A stretch of 55,624 nucleotides of DNA from IMG/VR virus record IMGVR_UViG_3300006162_000016, positions 1 through 55,624 of that record; one strand, given 5' to 3'. A model generated the notes under the pieces. That model made no database searches and was not told where the DNA came from. It saw only the letters and a list, made by a program, of their open reading frames with translations. Origin of the DNA: a virus. Its lineage: Duplodnaviria; Caudoviricetes. Shown piece after piece: positions 38,211 to 47,688 of the stretch (within the stretch, counting starts at the first letter, position 1; every line of letters begins with the position of its first letter). A program made the translations under genes and the position numbers.

Positions 38211-38689
38211 TATCTTATTCTCCTTGCTGAGATTCTTCCAGTAAATTGCGGTGTTCCCGCTGATGTAACTGCCCTAATTTTTGCATACACTGTAGTAGTT
38301 GAGGCGAGAGAAAACCGACGATTAAAAATTCCACCGCCCACGCTATTACTCGCGGTAGACCACGCTAAGAATTGAACGTCACTTCCATTATTACTCGGAG
38401 AAGTATTTCCTGATGTGGTACTGACTCCCACTTCCACATTTCCTGAGAGAGTGGCGCCACTCAGCAATAAAACTGCTTGATGACTCACATCCCAGTCACC
38501 AGCGGTCAAAGAAATGCTAGTAGCATCTCCAAATGCACCTGCAGCGGGTGCGTTTGTGGCTGAATAAACTACTTCCACATATTCGCCAATCCCCCCAGTC
38601 GGAGCATTATCGTTGGTCGTGGTTCCTTGGACCTTTGAAGTGGGAATGTCACTTGCCAGAAGCGAAGCGTCAATTTGTGTACGAGACAT
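38210..38689 (-). CDS. short fibre / receptor-binding module
   Basis: paralogue of C-terminus of 38689-40395. Confidence 0.65.
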   Translation of the reverse strand: MSRTQIDASLLASDIPTSKVQGTTTNDNAPTGGIGEYVEVVYSATNAPAAGAFGDATSISLTAGDWDVSHQAVLLLSGATLSGNVEVGVSTTSGNTSPSNNGSDVQFLAWSTASNSVGGGIFNRRFSLASTTTVYAKIRAVTSAGTPQFTGRISARRIR

Positions 38690-40395
38690 TAGCGAACCCT
38701 CCGGGCTGAAATGCGTCCATAAAGCTGAACAGTACCACCACTAAATGTAGCATTTCCTTTTAAATAAATAGTCGTTGTACTGGCCAAAGAAACACGCCAT
38801 GCAGCAATTGTCACAGGAACATCTTGGGTGCTAACTTCGAGCGAATGTAATTCATTATCTCCTACGATATGGTCCGTTGTCGTATTTCCGCTAAAAGCCG
38901 AAACTGCGCCACTAAACCGTCCCAGCCCTGTTCCGCTATTCGCAGAATAAATTGGCTGCCCAGTAACATCCCAGTCACCTGCAGGTAGAGAGATGGAAGT
39001 AATATTTACAAAAGTTAGGTTCGTTGCGCTAATAGCCGCACCCAAAGCAACCGTACTAGATATATACTGTCCAACCACCCCAGCAGCCGCATTGTCATTC
39101 GTATTGGTCCCAGTCACAATTCCATTGGGTCCGTTTGACCCTACAACGAACGCCGAAGTCGGCGAGACCTGAGTCGTGCTCGTCGGATAATAGGCGACTT
39201 GATTAGCGGTTCCAGTATTAACCGTTCCGCCCGACGATGTAGGAGTCTGAAATAAGAAACTCACTTTCTGACCAGTCACCAGAGCATTGTTAAACGTAAC
39301 TGTAGAAGTGTTCGTTTCTTGATAGTCAATTGTTGATCCAAGAGTTTGCACATCACCATCAACAGTCACAATCAATGTATGGTTACCAGTCGTATAAGTG
39401 TTGACCAAATTAAAAACGGTCGTTGAACCAGTATAGTTATTTAGCGCTGTTCCAACTACATAATCTTCACGATACGCTGTACTTCCGCCAGCGCCAGAAG
39501 ATGTACTGACATCCCACGTACCGTTTGCACTGCCAATATTTGTGCACGTAAATGTCGTTTGAGTGCTTGGCGCCATTGACTGTTGAAGACTGCCACCATT
39601 ATTATTAACAGTCACAATCCCGGTACTACGATTTAAAATCGTAATCTGATAGCCAACTGCTAGGGTTGTCGCATCAGGAAGTGTTACCGTTTGCGTAGTC
39701 GTTCCGGTGAATTGCTGAATGGGCGCAGTCGAAACAGTTAGCACCGTGGTTACAGCAGCAGTAGCCGTCGTTGTAAAGTTTTCAATAAGCGTATTGACTT
39801 TCACATTGGCATTACTATCACGAAGCATTGCTGTATTGGCTGTAGCAAGAACGGAGGAGGGATAATTCACCCAGTTCGTTCCGTTGAACTGAAGTAAATC
39901 ATTTGTGGTGGGGGAAGTGAGAACAACATTGGAGAGCTGACCAAGGTTGAAAGTTCCAATATCAACCGTTGCTCCCGACCCGATGACGGCGCCTGTACCG
40001 CCGGTCACAGAGATTTTTGAAGAGCCTGCAGTGAGGTTTCCTTTGGCAAACGACGCACCAAGAGCTGTTTCAATAGCAATGATCTCGTCTTTAAGCAGGT
40101 TGTGGTGAGCAGCGACAATGGTAGCGCCAACGGTCACACCTGTGTTATGAGCGAGAGCAGTTGTACCATCTGCTCCTCTTGTGCATCCAGTTAAATTAGC
40201 TCCACTGATTCCTGTGTAGCTGACAACTTCGTTATTCTCAATCGTCACCAATCCGGTCGTAGGGAACCCGGTTGTGGACGTAAGAGCAATCGTTGTGTCA
40301 GTTGAAAGGATATTGGAAGCAAGCGTAGTCTGTAGTCCATTAACCGCGATGTACAGGTTCGCGTTTGTGGAGACAGAACTTGGGAAATTTGCCAT
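38689..40395 (-). CDS. tail fibre protein
   Basis: T/S/G/N-rich; LT.CTRG..GT, L..LSNV...P, LP.A motifs. Confidence 0.75.
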   Translation of the reverse strand: MANFPSSVSTNANLYIAVNGLQTTLASNILSTDTTIALTSTTGFPTTGLVTIENNEVVSYTGISGANLTGCTRGADGTTALAHNTGVTVGATIVAAHHNLLKDEIIAIETALGASFAKGNLTAGSSKISVTGGTGAVIGSGATVDIGTFNLGQLSNVVLTSPTTNDLLQFNGTNWVNYPSSVLATANTAMLRDSNANVKVNTLIENFTTTATAAVTTVLTVSTAPIQQFTGTTTQTVTLPDATTLAVGYQITILNRSTGIVTVNNNGGSLQQSMAPSTQTTFTCTNIGSANGTWDVSTSSGAGGSTAYREDYVVGTALNNYTGSTTVFNLVNTYTTGNHTLIVTVDGDVQTLGSTIDYQETNTSTVTFNNALVTGQKVSFLFQTPTSSGGTVNTGTANQVAYYPTSTTQVSPTSAFVVGSNGPNGIVTGTNTNDNAAAGVVGQYISSTVALGAAISATNLTFVNITSISLPAGDWDVTGQPIYSANSGTGLGRFSGAVSAFSGNTTTDHIVGDNELHSLEVSTQDVPVTIAAWRVSLASTTTIYLKGNATFSGGTVQLYGRISARRVR

Positions 40396-40407
40396 ATTAG
40401 AATCCTC

Positions 40408-40845
40408 TTATGAGTTCGTTACTGCTTGGAGGTACTTTTGTGCTGCCATAAGTCGTTCGTGGGTATCTCCAAGTAAACCAATTCCACGATTACATTCAGT
40501 GCACAACAAACCACGAATTTGTTTGGTGTCATGGTCATGATCAACACATAAAGCTCGTTTTAATTCCGACTGATGCCTTTTACAAATTCCACACTTTCCG
40601 TATTGTTTTACAAACAGGAGATTGTAATCCTCTAAGGTCATGTTGAATTCACGCTTCAGCCGGTACTTCCGTGCGCGCATGTCCGGTCCATAATGGCCAT
40701 CTAATGCTCTGACTTTTCGGCAATCATTGGAGCAAAACTTTCTATCACTCCATTCGTCACGCGACACGGTTAGCGGTTTAGAAAAAACCGATTTACAAGC
40801 TTCGCACATTTTCGTCATAAACCTTAGCTTAGAGTCACAGACCAA
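40408..40845 (-). CDS. endonuclease VII-family HNH with N-terminal zinc finger
   Basis: CEAC...FCSNDC; CGIC...LCVDHDHDT.QIRGLLCTECN.GIG. Confidence 0.85.
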   Translation of the reverse strand: MVCDSKLRFMTKMCEACKSVFSKPLTVSRDEWSDRKFCSNDCRKVRALDGHYGPDMRARKYRLKREFNMTLEDYNLLFVKQYGKCGICKRHQSELKRALCVDHDHDTKQIRGLLCTECNRGIGLLGDTHERLMAAQKYLQAVTNS

Positions 40846-41288
40846 ACAATGATCATCGTATCCGCAGCGCCTTTATTGTAGACGTTGAAGGTCTGATGAG
40901 CGAACATCGTCCCAGAGGTCGAAGCCGAGAATAAGCCTGCTTCTTTAATGGCATCAGTTCCGTTACCCGGAGCAAAGGTGGCCGTATTCGTCCACACGTT
41001 AGAAGCGCTAGAGAGCGTTCCAGATACGCGAGAATATCCACCAACCACAGATTCAGCGCCAAGCGCCGTGTCACCCGAAGAAGGGCCAGTCTGTAGTGTT
41101 CCAAGGGCCACATAGGGCATAAACGTCCCAGACTGCGGGGCCGCTGCCAGCCATGTAGCTAAATAGCTTTTACCAACAGTCACAACGAGGTTGTGATCTG
41201 TATGTTCCTGCTTTACGATTCCATCCGGCCCTATCAACTTGACATTGACGCTCCCGGTAAGTTTTAAGGTGTCTTTCATTTCATCCAT
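40824..41288 (-). CDS. fibre-attachment/structural protein
   Basis: HNLVV..GK, YVALGT, DTAL..E, IKEAGLF..S.SG.MF pattern. Confidence 0.65.
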   Translation of the reverse strand: MDEMKDTLKLTGSVNVKLIGPDGIVKQEHTDHNLVVTVGKSYLATWLAAAPQSGTFMPYVALGTLQTGPSSGDTALGAESVVGGYSRVSGTLSSASNVWTNTATFAPGNGTDAIKEAGLFSASTSGTMFAHQTFNVYNKGAADTMIIVWSVTLS

Positions 41289-41307
41289 TGTTTTAGCTCC
41301 TGTTATT

Positions 41308-42033
41308 TTAGCTCAAGTCGAGCGGGTTCATTGAACCATTCGCAGAGAAATTGTTCCCCGCATTGGTAAACGGCTGGTACGACTCGATATCAATCTTACG
41401 TTTTAAGTCTAAAATTCTTTGATTACGCCATTTGATTCCATCACCAAGTTCTTCTTTGAAGAGCTGATGCTGTTCTTCGGCCAAAGAGTCTTCCTGATCC
41501 TGTTTCCACATTTTCCACAAGATGTAGGCGCGAAGGCCGGGAGTCAGAGAATCATCAATGGTAAGTGGATCAGATAAAGCTTGGAGGGGGATTTCTCTAG
41601 ACTGATAATACATGAAGATATCATTTGATCCAGAGACTTCTGGTTTAGGGTAGATATAGAGATTGGTTCCGATGATGAAATACTTATTAGGCTTCCCAAG
41701 CATCGTGCTATCTGTAGACAAGAAGTTAGGACTCTCTTGGGCCATCTTTTCTAAGGTTGTAGGACGAAGCCGGCGCCAGATCGGTTGACCACCAGAATTA
41801 TCCTGCCAGAAGATGCACTCACTTCCTAACCAGTCAGAAGGCATCGGATAGATTCCAATACCTTGCACAGTAGAAGTCCAAGCAAAATTCTGAAGGCAGC
41901 GGGTCTTGCGAACGTACTCTTTCTGCGCCAAATTGATTAACGCCAGCATACGAGTGCTGGAAAAGAATGCAGGAGACGGTTCAAGCACTTCTGCTCGAAC
42001 ATCGTTCACAAGGTCATTGCCAGTAGTAGCCAT
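41308..42033 (-). CDS. head-tail adaptor (tail tubular protein A-like)
   Basis: L...VR.......F.....L..IN.AQ, Y..PSD, G.P..Y, IYPKP. Confidence 0.7.
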   Translation of the reverse strand: MATTGNDLVNDVRAEVLEPSPAFFSSTRMLALINLAQKEYVRKTRCLQNFAWTSTVQGIGIYPMPSDWLGSECIFWQDNSGGQPIWRRLRPTTLEKMAQESPNFLSTDSTMLGKPNKYFIIGTNLYIYPKPEVSGSNDIFMYYQSREIPLQALSDPLTIDDSLTPGLRAYILWKMWKQDQEDSLAEEQHQLFKEELGDGIKWRNQRILDLKRKIDIESYQPFTNAGNNFSANGSMNPLDLS

Positions 42034-42042
42034 AATTTTTCC

Positions 42043-42216
42043 TTACACCTCGTAGTAATAGACTATAACGAATGTGTTTAACGTAATTGTTCCAAGTGTA
42101 GCATCAGTCACTTGAATCCAAGATGAGGGAGCTGATGCTGCTTGAGCTGCTTGAAAATCTGCTGCACTCATATTTAACTGTAATGAAGCGCCGTTTGCTT
42201 GAACCACCATTAACAT
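42043..42216 (-). CDS. 57-aa hypothetical protein
   Basis: Read by hand: MLMVVQANGASL...VYYYEV; AGGAG RBS. Confidence 0.55.
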   Translation of the reverse strand: MLMVVQANGASLQLNMSAADFQAAQAASAPSSWIQVTDATLGTITLNTFVIVYYYEV

Positions 42217-42220
42217 TTGA

Positions 42221-43456
42221 TTACGCTCCTGTATAATAAGAAACGTTCACACGCCAAATGATTCCAGTAGTCGCTGGACAAACAATTGTTGTGGCAGTAT
42301 TCACAACGGATGAATTCAAAAATGAAGGAAACGTATAACTCTTTGTATCAGTCGTTCCAATCGCCGCAGCTGTTGCAAAAGTCCATGCTGGACTTCCGGG
42401 TAAATTTGTTGAAGTCACAATAATTGGCGTAGCACCGCCAGTTCGAGCTGCTGTTGAATAAGCCTCAATTTCAATTGTATTCATGTGATGAAAAGCAGCT
42501 GCTACTGCAGGTAATGTTAACGTAACAGCAGAACCTGTCGTTCCAGTTGCAGTTACCCACAAATTACTATCAGGTGCTTTAGCAAGCCAAGGAGTTGTAT
42601 TCGGAGTATTCCCCGGATTTACCGTCCAGCTGCCAAGTTGTGAAGAAAATATTGTCTGTTGCGCGAGAGAAGCATCAAGAGCTACGCTGACTGTTCCAGA
42701 TGTATAAGCAGAAGCACGAATACGCACCTGATAATAGCCACCACCAGTGATTAAAAATGCTCCATTCGCTGTGGTACTAAAAGTACTGACGTAAGGTATA
42801 GTAGTTGGACTGATAATATACATGGGAAGAATAATCCATGTACTATCAGCCAATTGACCTTCTGCAACTAAAGTTCCAACCCATGTTCCAGTAATATTTG
42901 CTGAAACAGTATAGTCACCTTGAGCATTAACAGGGACTGAACCATTTAATGCAGTAATGGTTCCTGAAAAAATTGTGTCAGTACTTTGGGCTCCGGTATT
43001 GGTATTAATCGCCTGTAGTTGACTTAGAAAAGGAGTTAAAGACTCAAACGGTCCCACTCCATAAGCAACATTGACTGTACCAGATGTAAAAGCAGTCGCT
43101 AAGATACGAACTTGTAATAATCCAGCACAAGGTACGATCAGAGTATTATTACTTGAGATAGGTGTAATCGTACTACCATTCATCCCAAGACCGTTAACAG
43201 TAAACCAGTTTGTTCCATCCACAGTTCCTTGAGTAGTTAAACTAGCTACCCAAGTGCCGGTAATATTGAAGACGACTGTCGCAAAGCCAGAAGTAGCAAC
43301 AGCTACATTGCCATTGACAGCTGTGATTGTTCCCGTGTTCGTAGTGGTGGGGAGTTTGGCATTAAGTGAACCATCACTGTTAATGGTTAATTTTGTACCG
43401 CCATCAGCACCTTCAACGGTAACAGCTGCGACTTCAACTAAGCTTAAATCAGCCAT
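42221..43456 (-). CDS. beta-rich virion appendage protein with two tandem domains
   Basis: GTITA.NG...NITGTWV..L...G...QVRI.A.A.TSGTV.V twice; AT-rich. Confidence 0.65.
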   Translation of the reverse strand: MADLSLVEVAAVTVEGADGGTKLTINSDGSLNAKLPTTTNTGTITAVNGNVAVATSGFATVVFNITGTWVASLTTQGTVDGTNWFTVNGLGMNGSTITPISSNNTLIVPCAGLLQVRILATAFTSGTVNVAYGVGPFESLTPFLSQLQAINTNTGAQSTDTIFSGTITALNGSVPVNAQGDYTVSANITGTWVGTLVAEGQLADSTWIILPMYIISPTTIPYVSTFSTTANGAFLITGGGYYQVRIRASAYTSGTVSVALDASLAQQTIFSSQLGSWTVNPGNTPNTTPWLAKAPDSNLWVTATGTTGSAVTLTLPAVAAAFHHMNTIEIEAYSTAARTGGATPIIVTSTNLPGSPAWTFATAAAIGTTDTKSYTFPSFLNSSVVNTATTIVCPATTGIIWRVNVSYYTGA

Positions 43457-43457
43457 A

Positions 43458-43625
43458 TTACTTCTTCTCTTCAAGCAGCTTCACAATATAACCAAGCCGC
43501 CCATAGATTTGAGATAAGAAGTGCACTGTGAGAATATCTGCATTCTCGTGAGTCACTTCAACTTTGTTCTGGTTCGCTTTAACTTCAGCGGGATTGTTCG
43601 ATTTTTCAATCGGTAAGTCAGACAT
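43458..43625 (-). CDS. 55-aa hypothetical protein
   Basis: Read by hand: MSDLPIEK...LLEEKK; AAGGAG RBS. Confidence 0.6.
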   Translation of the reverse strand: MSDLPIEKSNNPAEVKANQNKVEVTHENADILTVHFLSQIYGRLGYIVKLLEEKK

Positions 43626-43719
43626 TTGCTATCTCCTTTTCTTTATTGGGGTTTTCGCTTACGATGCGCTACGCACATCATGGGCAGGGCCTTCACCCCG
43701 AACCTTCAGTTAAACTAGC

Positions 43720-44565
43720 TTACGCGTCAACTCCAACGATGGTCGAATACAAGTCCTGCGCTGTATTCTCACGATTCGTCATAACGAGGCGAACTGTTCC
43801 AGTCGAAGTCGTAGGAACCACGATAGGCGGATTGAAAGTAATCTTCACTTCTCCACCCATCTTCGGGACAAAAGCAACCCACTTAGAAACGAGGGATGCC
43901 ACAGGTCCAACTTTGAGCTCCACTTTGCCGGCGCCTGAAGAAGCAAAGCTAACTTCAGACACTTTCATATTCGTCACAACCGTATAGTCGTGATTCGATG
44001 TAGAGCCACCAGCCACAGCTGACGCCGTTACATAATCGCACACAGCGCCTGTTTGAGCAGCAATACCCGAAGATACCGTGATAGCAGATTGATCAGAAGC
44101 CAATACCACAGGAACTGACGCTGCCATTGTTTTCTGACCTAGAGAGATGGCAGAACCACCAACCTGAGACAAGTTCTCAACCCACGGTGAAGTGGACTGA
44201 GTAACAGCAACCGTACCAGTTACAGCAGTCGTGCTACCTGAATCCGTGATGACGTGACCAATGACGTTCGTTCCAGCGGGAATCGAAGGAAGAGTATCAA
44301 CCACAACATGCAGATTCGTACCAGTCGGCTGCACAACCGTAACGTTACCACTGACGGCAGTCGTTGAACCGCTATCCGTGATCACATGACCGATTACTGC
44401 AGAACCAGCATCGACTACGACGTGAAGATTGGAACCAGTCGCTTGCGTGACCGTGAAGGTCGTAAGCGGATTCGTTCCATCCGTTAATTCTACCCAGATC
44501 GGGTCAGTTTGAGCATTTGCATTAGCATCTTTCGATACCAATGTAGGGAAAAAACCATCAGACAT
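43720..44565 (-). CDS. fibre-like virion protein with internal repeats
   Basis: TG.NLHVVVD and VIGHVITDSGSTTAV.G each twice; GQ.TMAAS.PVV.ASDQ. Confidence 0.65.
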   Translation of the reverse strand: MSDGFFPTLVSKDANANAQTDPIWVELTDGTNPLTTFTVTQATGSNLHVVVDAGSAVIGHVITDSGSTTAVSGNVTVVQPTGTNLHVVVDTLPSIPAGTNVIGHVITDSGSTTAVTGTVAVTQSTSPWVENLSQVGGSAISLGQKTMAASVPVVLASDQSAITVSSGIAAQTGAVCDYVTASAVAGGSTSNHDYTVVTNMKVSEVSFASSGAGKVELKVGPVASLVSKWVAFVPKMGGEVKITFNPPIVVPTTSTGTVRLVMTNRENTAQDLYSTIVGVDA

Positions 44566-44585
44566 TGTATTATCTCCTTGTGAGT

Positions 44586-44843
44586 TTAAATGACTTCGCC
44601 CTCAACAGAAGCGATTATCATCTTTTCAGTGTCCTCCAAATTAGCAAGTTCTTGCTCGGATTGGAGTATCTGACGTTCTAGTTCAGGAATACGCCCCTTC
44701 ACTAGGTCCTCAATTGCCTGTTTTAAATGGACAATTTTGGAGATTCGTTCTTGCTTGGCACTCTGTAGCCACTTTAACTTCATCGTCTTTGTCTCTACAG
44801 ACTGTCTAACAGGAACAGGTAAATTTTGACCTATGTCGGACAT
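44586..44843 (-). CDS. coiled-coil hypothetical protein
   Basis: GGAGG before MSDIGQ. Confidence 0.55.
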   Translation of the reverse strand: MSDIGQNLPVPVRQSVETKTMKLKWLQSAKQERISKIVHLKQAIEDLVKGRIPELERQILQSEQELANLEDTEKMIIASVEGEVI

Positions 44844-44844
44844 A

Positions 44845-45225
44845 TTAACCTCCGTACACAGTGCTATCAAAGTCAGCCGTTTGGCCAACGTTGTAGTGCG
44901 TTACTTTGACATCAAGAATATCGCCATTCACCATCTTAAGTGGATGATCGAAAGTAAATGTCAAGGTTCGATCAGGTCCACCACGGCGTGTCTCAATGAG
45001 CACAGTATTGAAAAATAATTGGAACTTAGCATACAAGGTGCCACTCACCGTAACTGAGGCAATCAGCGTCTTAGGAGCAGACGCTGTAAAAGTCACAATC
45101 GTTGTGAGGACATTATCAACGACATTGGTAACTGCATTCCCTGCAAGAGGGCGTACTTCAAGAGCAGCTGCATCGCTGCTTCCACCGCCCCCTCCTGTAC
45201 CAATGCCCGGATTGTAGCTAGACAT
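44845..45225 (-). CDS. beta-rich virion protein
   Basis: ORF track; coupled. Confidence 0.55.
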   Translation of the reverse strand: MSSYNPGIGTGGGGGSSDAAALEVRPLAGNAVTNVVDNVLTTIVTFTASAPKTLIASVTVSGTLYAKFQLFFNTVLIETRRGGPDRTLTFTFDHPLKMVNGDILDVKVTHYNVGQTADFDSTVYGG

Positions 45226-45821
45226 TAGAACGCTTTCGCCATCAAGCGATATGCCGGCGCACCGTTCATATCTTTCAGGAAAATAACGTTCGCATTCACA
45301 GTATCAATCATCATCGACTGACCGGGACCAAGGATACCGTGATTATTGATTCCATCCCAACTGAACACTAATTTATTAGACCCGCTCGTATCGTCATTAA
45401 CGATCATGCAATAACGGGCTGAGAATTGGAAAAAGAGAGTCTGGAAAGAACTTGTCAGAGGTGTGCCGTTCTGATCCATGTAATAGCCAAGGACGTTAGG
45501 CGCCACAGCTCCCGTCATCGCAGACGAAGTAGCCGGAGCAGTGACAAACGCACCGGGCGTGGTATTGACCATACTGACCAAATCACCAGCGCTATTCTTA
45601 TCTACTGAAGGAGACGTAGCTTGAATGGCAGCAACCACCATATCAGTCGTGCTGACACCTGATTGAATCTGCACATAGATATTATGGCTGGCATCAACAG
45701 TTACAACTTCAAACCCAGCAGTTCCGCCTGCTGTAAAATTGATGAGAGGGAATTTCCCCCACTGTGTTGCAGTAAATGTGATTCCTTGAAATGTAACTGA
45801 CGGGTAGATATAAGCAGGCAT
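45225..45821 (-). CDS. beta-rich virion protein
   Basis: AGGAG RBS before MPAYIYP. Confidence 0.55.
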   Translation of the reverse strand: MPAYIYPSVTFQGITFTATQWGKFPLINFTAGGTAGFEVVTVDASHNIYVQIQSGVSTTDMVVAAIQATSPSVDKNSAGDLVSMVNTTPGAFVTAPATSSAMTGAVAPNVLGYYMDQNGTPLTSSFQTLFFQFSARYCMIVNDDTSGSNKLVFSWDGINNHGILGPGQSMMIDTVNANVIFLKDMNGAPAYRLMAKAF

Positions 45822-45832
45822 TGTGATAGCTC

Positions 45833-46159
45833 CTATTTTAGATAATCTGCTGCCCTTGCACACAAATTGGTATCGTCATTAAAGAGTCCAATACCTTTGT
45901 TGCAAGCCTGACAAAGTAAACCACGCACCAAATTTGTTTTATGGTCATGGTCAACACAAAGTGCTGTTTTTAACTCACTTTGGTGTCTACGACAAATATT
46001 ACAACATCCCTGTTGATTTTGATAAAGAATATCAAAATGCTTGAATTTAAAATCTTCACCAGTTGAAGTTTTTATTCCAGCGTACTTCCAACAAGCTTCT
46101 TGATTTGCTTTCTTGTTGTTCTGATAATAGACTTTATTATAAAGCTTTTGGGAGTTCAT
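45833..46159 (-). CDS. endonuclease VII-family HNH
   Basis: CNIC...LCVDHDHKT.LVRGLLCQACN.GIG; AT-rich. Confidence 0.85.
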   Translation of the reverse strand: MNSQKLYNKVYYQNNKKANQEACWKYAGIKTSTGEDFKFKHFDILYQNQQGCCNICRRHQSELKTALCVDHDHKTNLVRGLLCQACNKGIGLFNDDTNLCARAADYLK

Positions 46160-46695
46160 AGATAAATTTTTTGATCAACATCAAGAGCTTTCTTCAGCTC
46201 CCATTTGTGCCGATCATCTTGGTCCTTCTTTTCATCTGTGTCTTTCTTGTGGACATCTTCAGCAACTTCAAGAATCTGATCTGCTGTCATTCCCTGCGTA
46301 CCACGTTTGTCTTCTTCTTCAAAAACAAACTTTCCAATCTTCTTCAAGATCGGGTCCACATTTTGAAACTCAGCTTTTGGAATTCGTGACAAGAAGAAGT
46401 TTGGCCAAACCCTTCTCACCTTGTCCGGTGTGGTATACTTCTGTGCTAGAAGGATTCGCACTACTCGAACCCAACCGCTTTTAAGAATATGACCTACTTC
46501 ATCAACTGTGGTGGCAACGGGCACATAACCCTTATCTACTCCACAGATTGAAATCCAACCTTCTCTCGGATCAATGTAGTATAGACCAGCAGCATTTTTG
46601 CTGCCTTCTAAACTACAGATTCGCAGTTTTGGATTCAACTGCTTGATACACTTCTGAAAATCCCCCGTCTGCAGTCCAGTGAGTGCGCGGCTCAT
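46156..46695 (-). CDS. hypothetical protein
   Basis: AAGGAG RBS; ORF track. Confidence 0.6.
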   Translation of the reverse strand: MSRALTGLQTGDFQKCIKQLNPKLRICSLEGSKNAAGLYYIDPREGWISICGVDKGYVPVATTVDEVGHILKSGWVRVVRILLAQKYTTPDKVRRVWPNFFLSRIPKAEFQNVDPILKKIGKFVFEEEDKRGTQGMTADQILEVAEDVHKKDTDEKKDQDDRHKWELKKALDVDQKIYL

Positions 46696-46698
46696 GGA

Positions 46699-47016
46699 TT
46701 ACTCCTTTTCTTCTTTCTCTTCCATCTCTTCTGCTTTTGGCAGTTTCTCTTTCAGCTTATCCATATGCATGGTAGCCGCATTCTCTTTCTTCACAGCATC
46801 GTGTTGATGAATGCTATGGACATCAACTTCAGCTTCCCCATCACTAAATTTGTCTTTCGCTCGATTGGAATGCACATGGCCTTCCACAACAAGCTTTACT
46901 CGGTCACCCGGAGCAGCTTCTTCAATGCCCGGCAGATCAGCGTGTTTGATGCGGATAGTGGTCGGCATCTTATTTTCAGTAGGACCCATCGTGGGCTCTT
47001 CAGCGTAGTCTTTCAT
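46699..47016 (-). CDS. small protein with C-terminal NAATMxMDxLK motif
   Basis: ORF track; motif shared with neighbours. Confidence 0.6.
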   Translation of the reverse strand: MKDYAEEPTMGPTENKMPTTIRIKHADLPGIEEAAPGDRVKLVVEGHVHSNRAKDKFSDGEAEVDVHSIHQHDAVKKENAATMHMDKLKEKLPKAEEMEEKEEKE

Positions 47017-47399
47017 TATTGATTATCTCCTTGCTCTTGGGTCTTCTGGAAAAGATACGAACGAAGTTCATCCATAGGTCCCATCGTGATAGCTTTATCT
47101 ATAGCATCTGGCTTTGGCGCTCCCGGCATTGCAGGAGCAGGTGCTACGGCATTTTGAACCGCATCAGGAACGATTGTAGCCATTCCAGATACCGAATCAA
47201 TGCCTGTTACTGTCAAACTGATACGTTGGCCGGGCTGAACACCCGCCGGCAGTATGGAAAGAGGGATTCTAGCAGTTCCCGCATCGGCGGAAGGAGCATT
47301 TCCAGCTCCTTTTAGCATAGACGCCAGCCCAGACAGGGTTCCAAGTCCTTGGCTGTCCATAGCGCCTGTGTAGGCTTTATGAAGGCTATCGAGGTCCAT
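47016..47399 (-). CDS. small protein with C-terminal TMGPMDELR motif
   Basis: ORF track. Confidence 0.6.
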   Translation of the reverse strand: MDLDSLHKAYTGAMDSQGLGTLSGLASMLKGAGNAPSADAGTARIPLSILPAGVQPGQRISLTVTGIDSVSGMATIVPDAVQNAVAPAPAMPGAPKPDAIDKAITMGPMDELRSYLFQKTQEQGDNQ

Positions 47400-47403
47400 G
47401 GCT

Positions 47404-47610
47404 TTAGTAAGAATTCAGATTCGGAGGAGTAATGTTGGATTTTAACTGATCCATGGGCATCGTTGCGGCATTCGCCTTCGGAAAACTCGATTTCTTGCCC
47501 AAACTAGAGTGTTCAGAGTCAGATTCACCCTTCGTCTCAACGGAGAGTAGTTCTCCACAAGAGGGGCACTTAAACGTAGGGTCTTTCTTTCCATCCATCG
47601 GATTATTCAT
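47404..47610 (-). CDS. small CPxCG protein with C-terminal NAATMPMDQLK motif
   Basis: AAGGAG RBS before MNNPMDG. Confidence 0.6.
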   Translation of the reverse strand: MNNPMDGKKDPTFKCPSCGELLSVETKGESDSEHSSLGKKSSFPKANAATMPMDQLKSNITPPNLNSY

Positions 47611-47637
47611 TTTAGCTCCTTGAATCATTCACGTCAA

Positions 47638-47670
47638 ATTGTGCATGGGATGCTTTCGCAGAGCCCATGG
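47638..47670 (-). terminator. hairpin after capsid gene, possible terminator/processing site
   Basis: CATGGG-ctc-TGC-GAAA-GCA-t-CCCATG then CACAATTT. Confidence 0.45.
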
Positions 47671-47688
47671 CTAACTTAAATCTACTGC

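Noticed and set aside
38210-39130. Diversity-generating retroelement TR/VR pair
   Set aside because: No reverse transcriptase; differences are not adenine-specific
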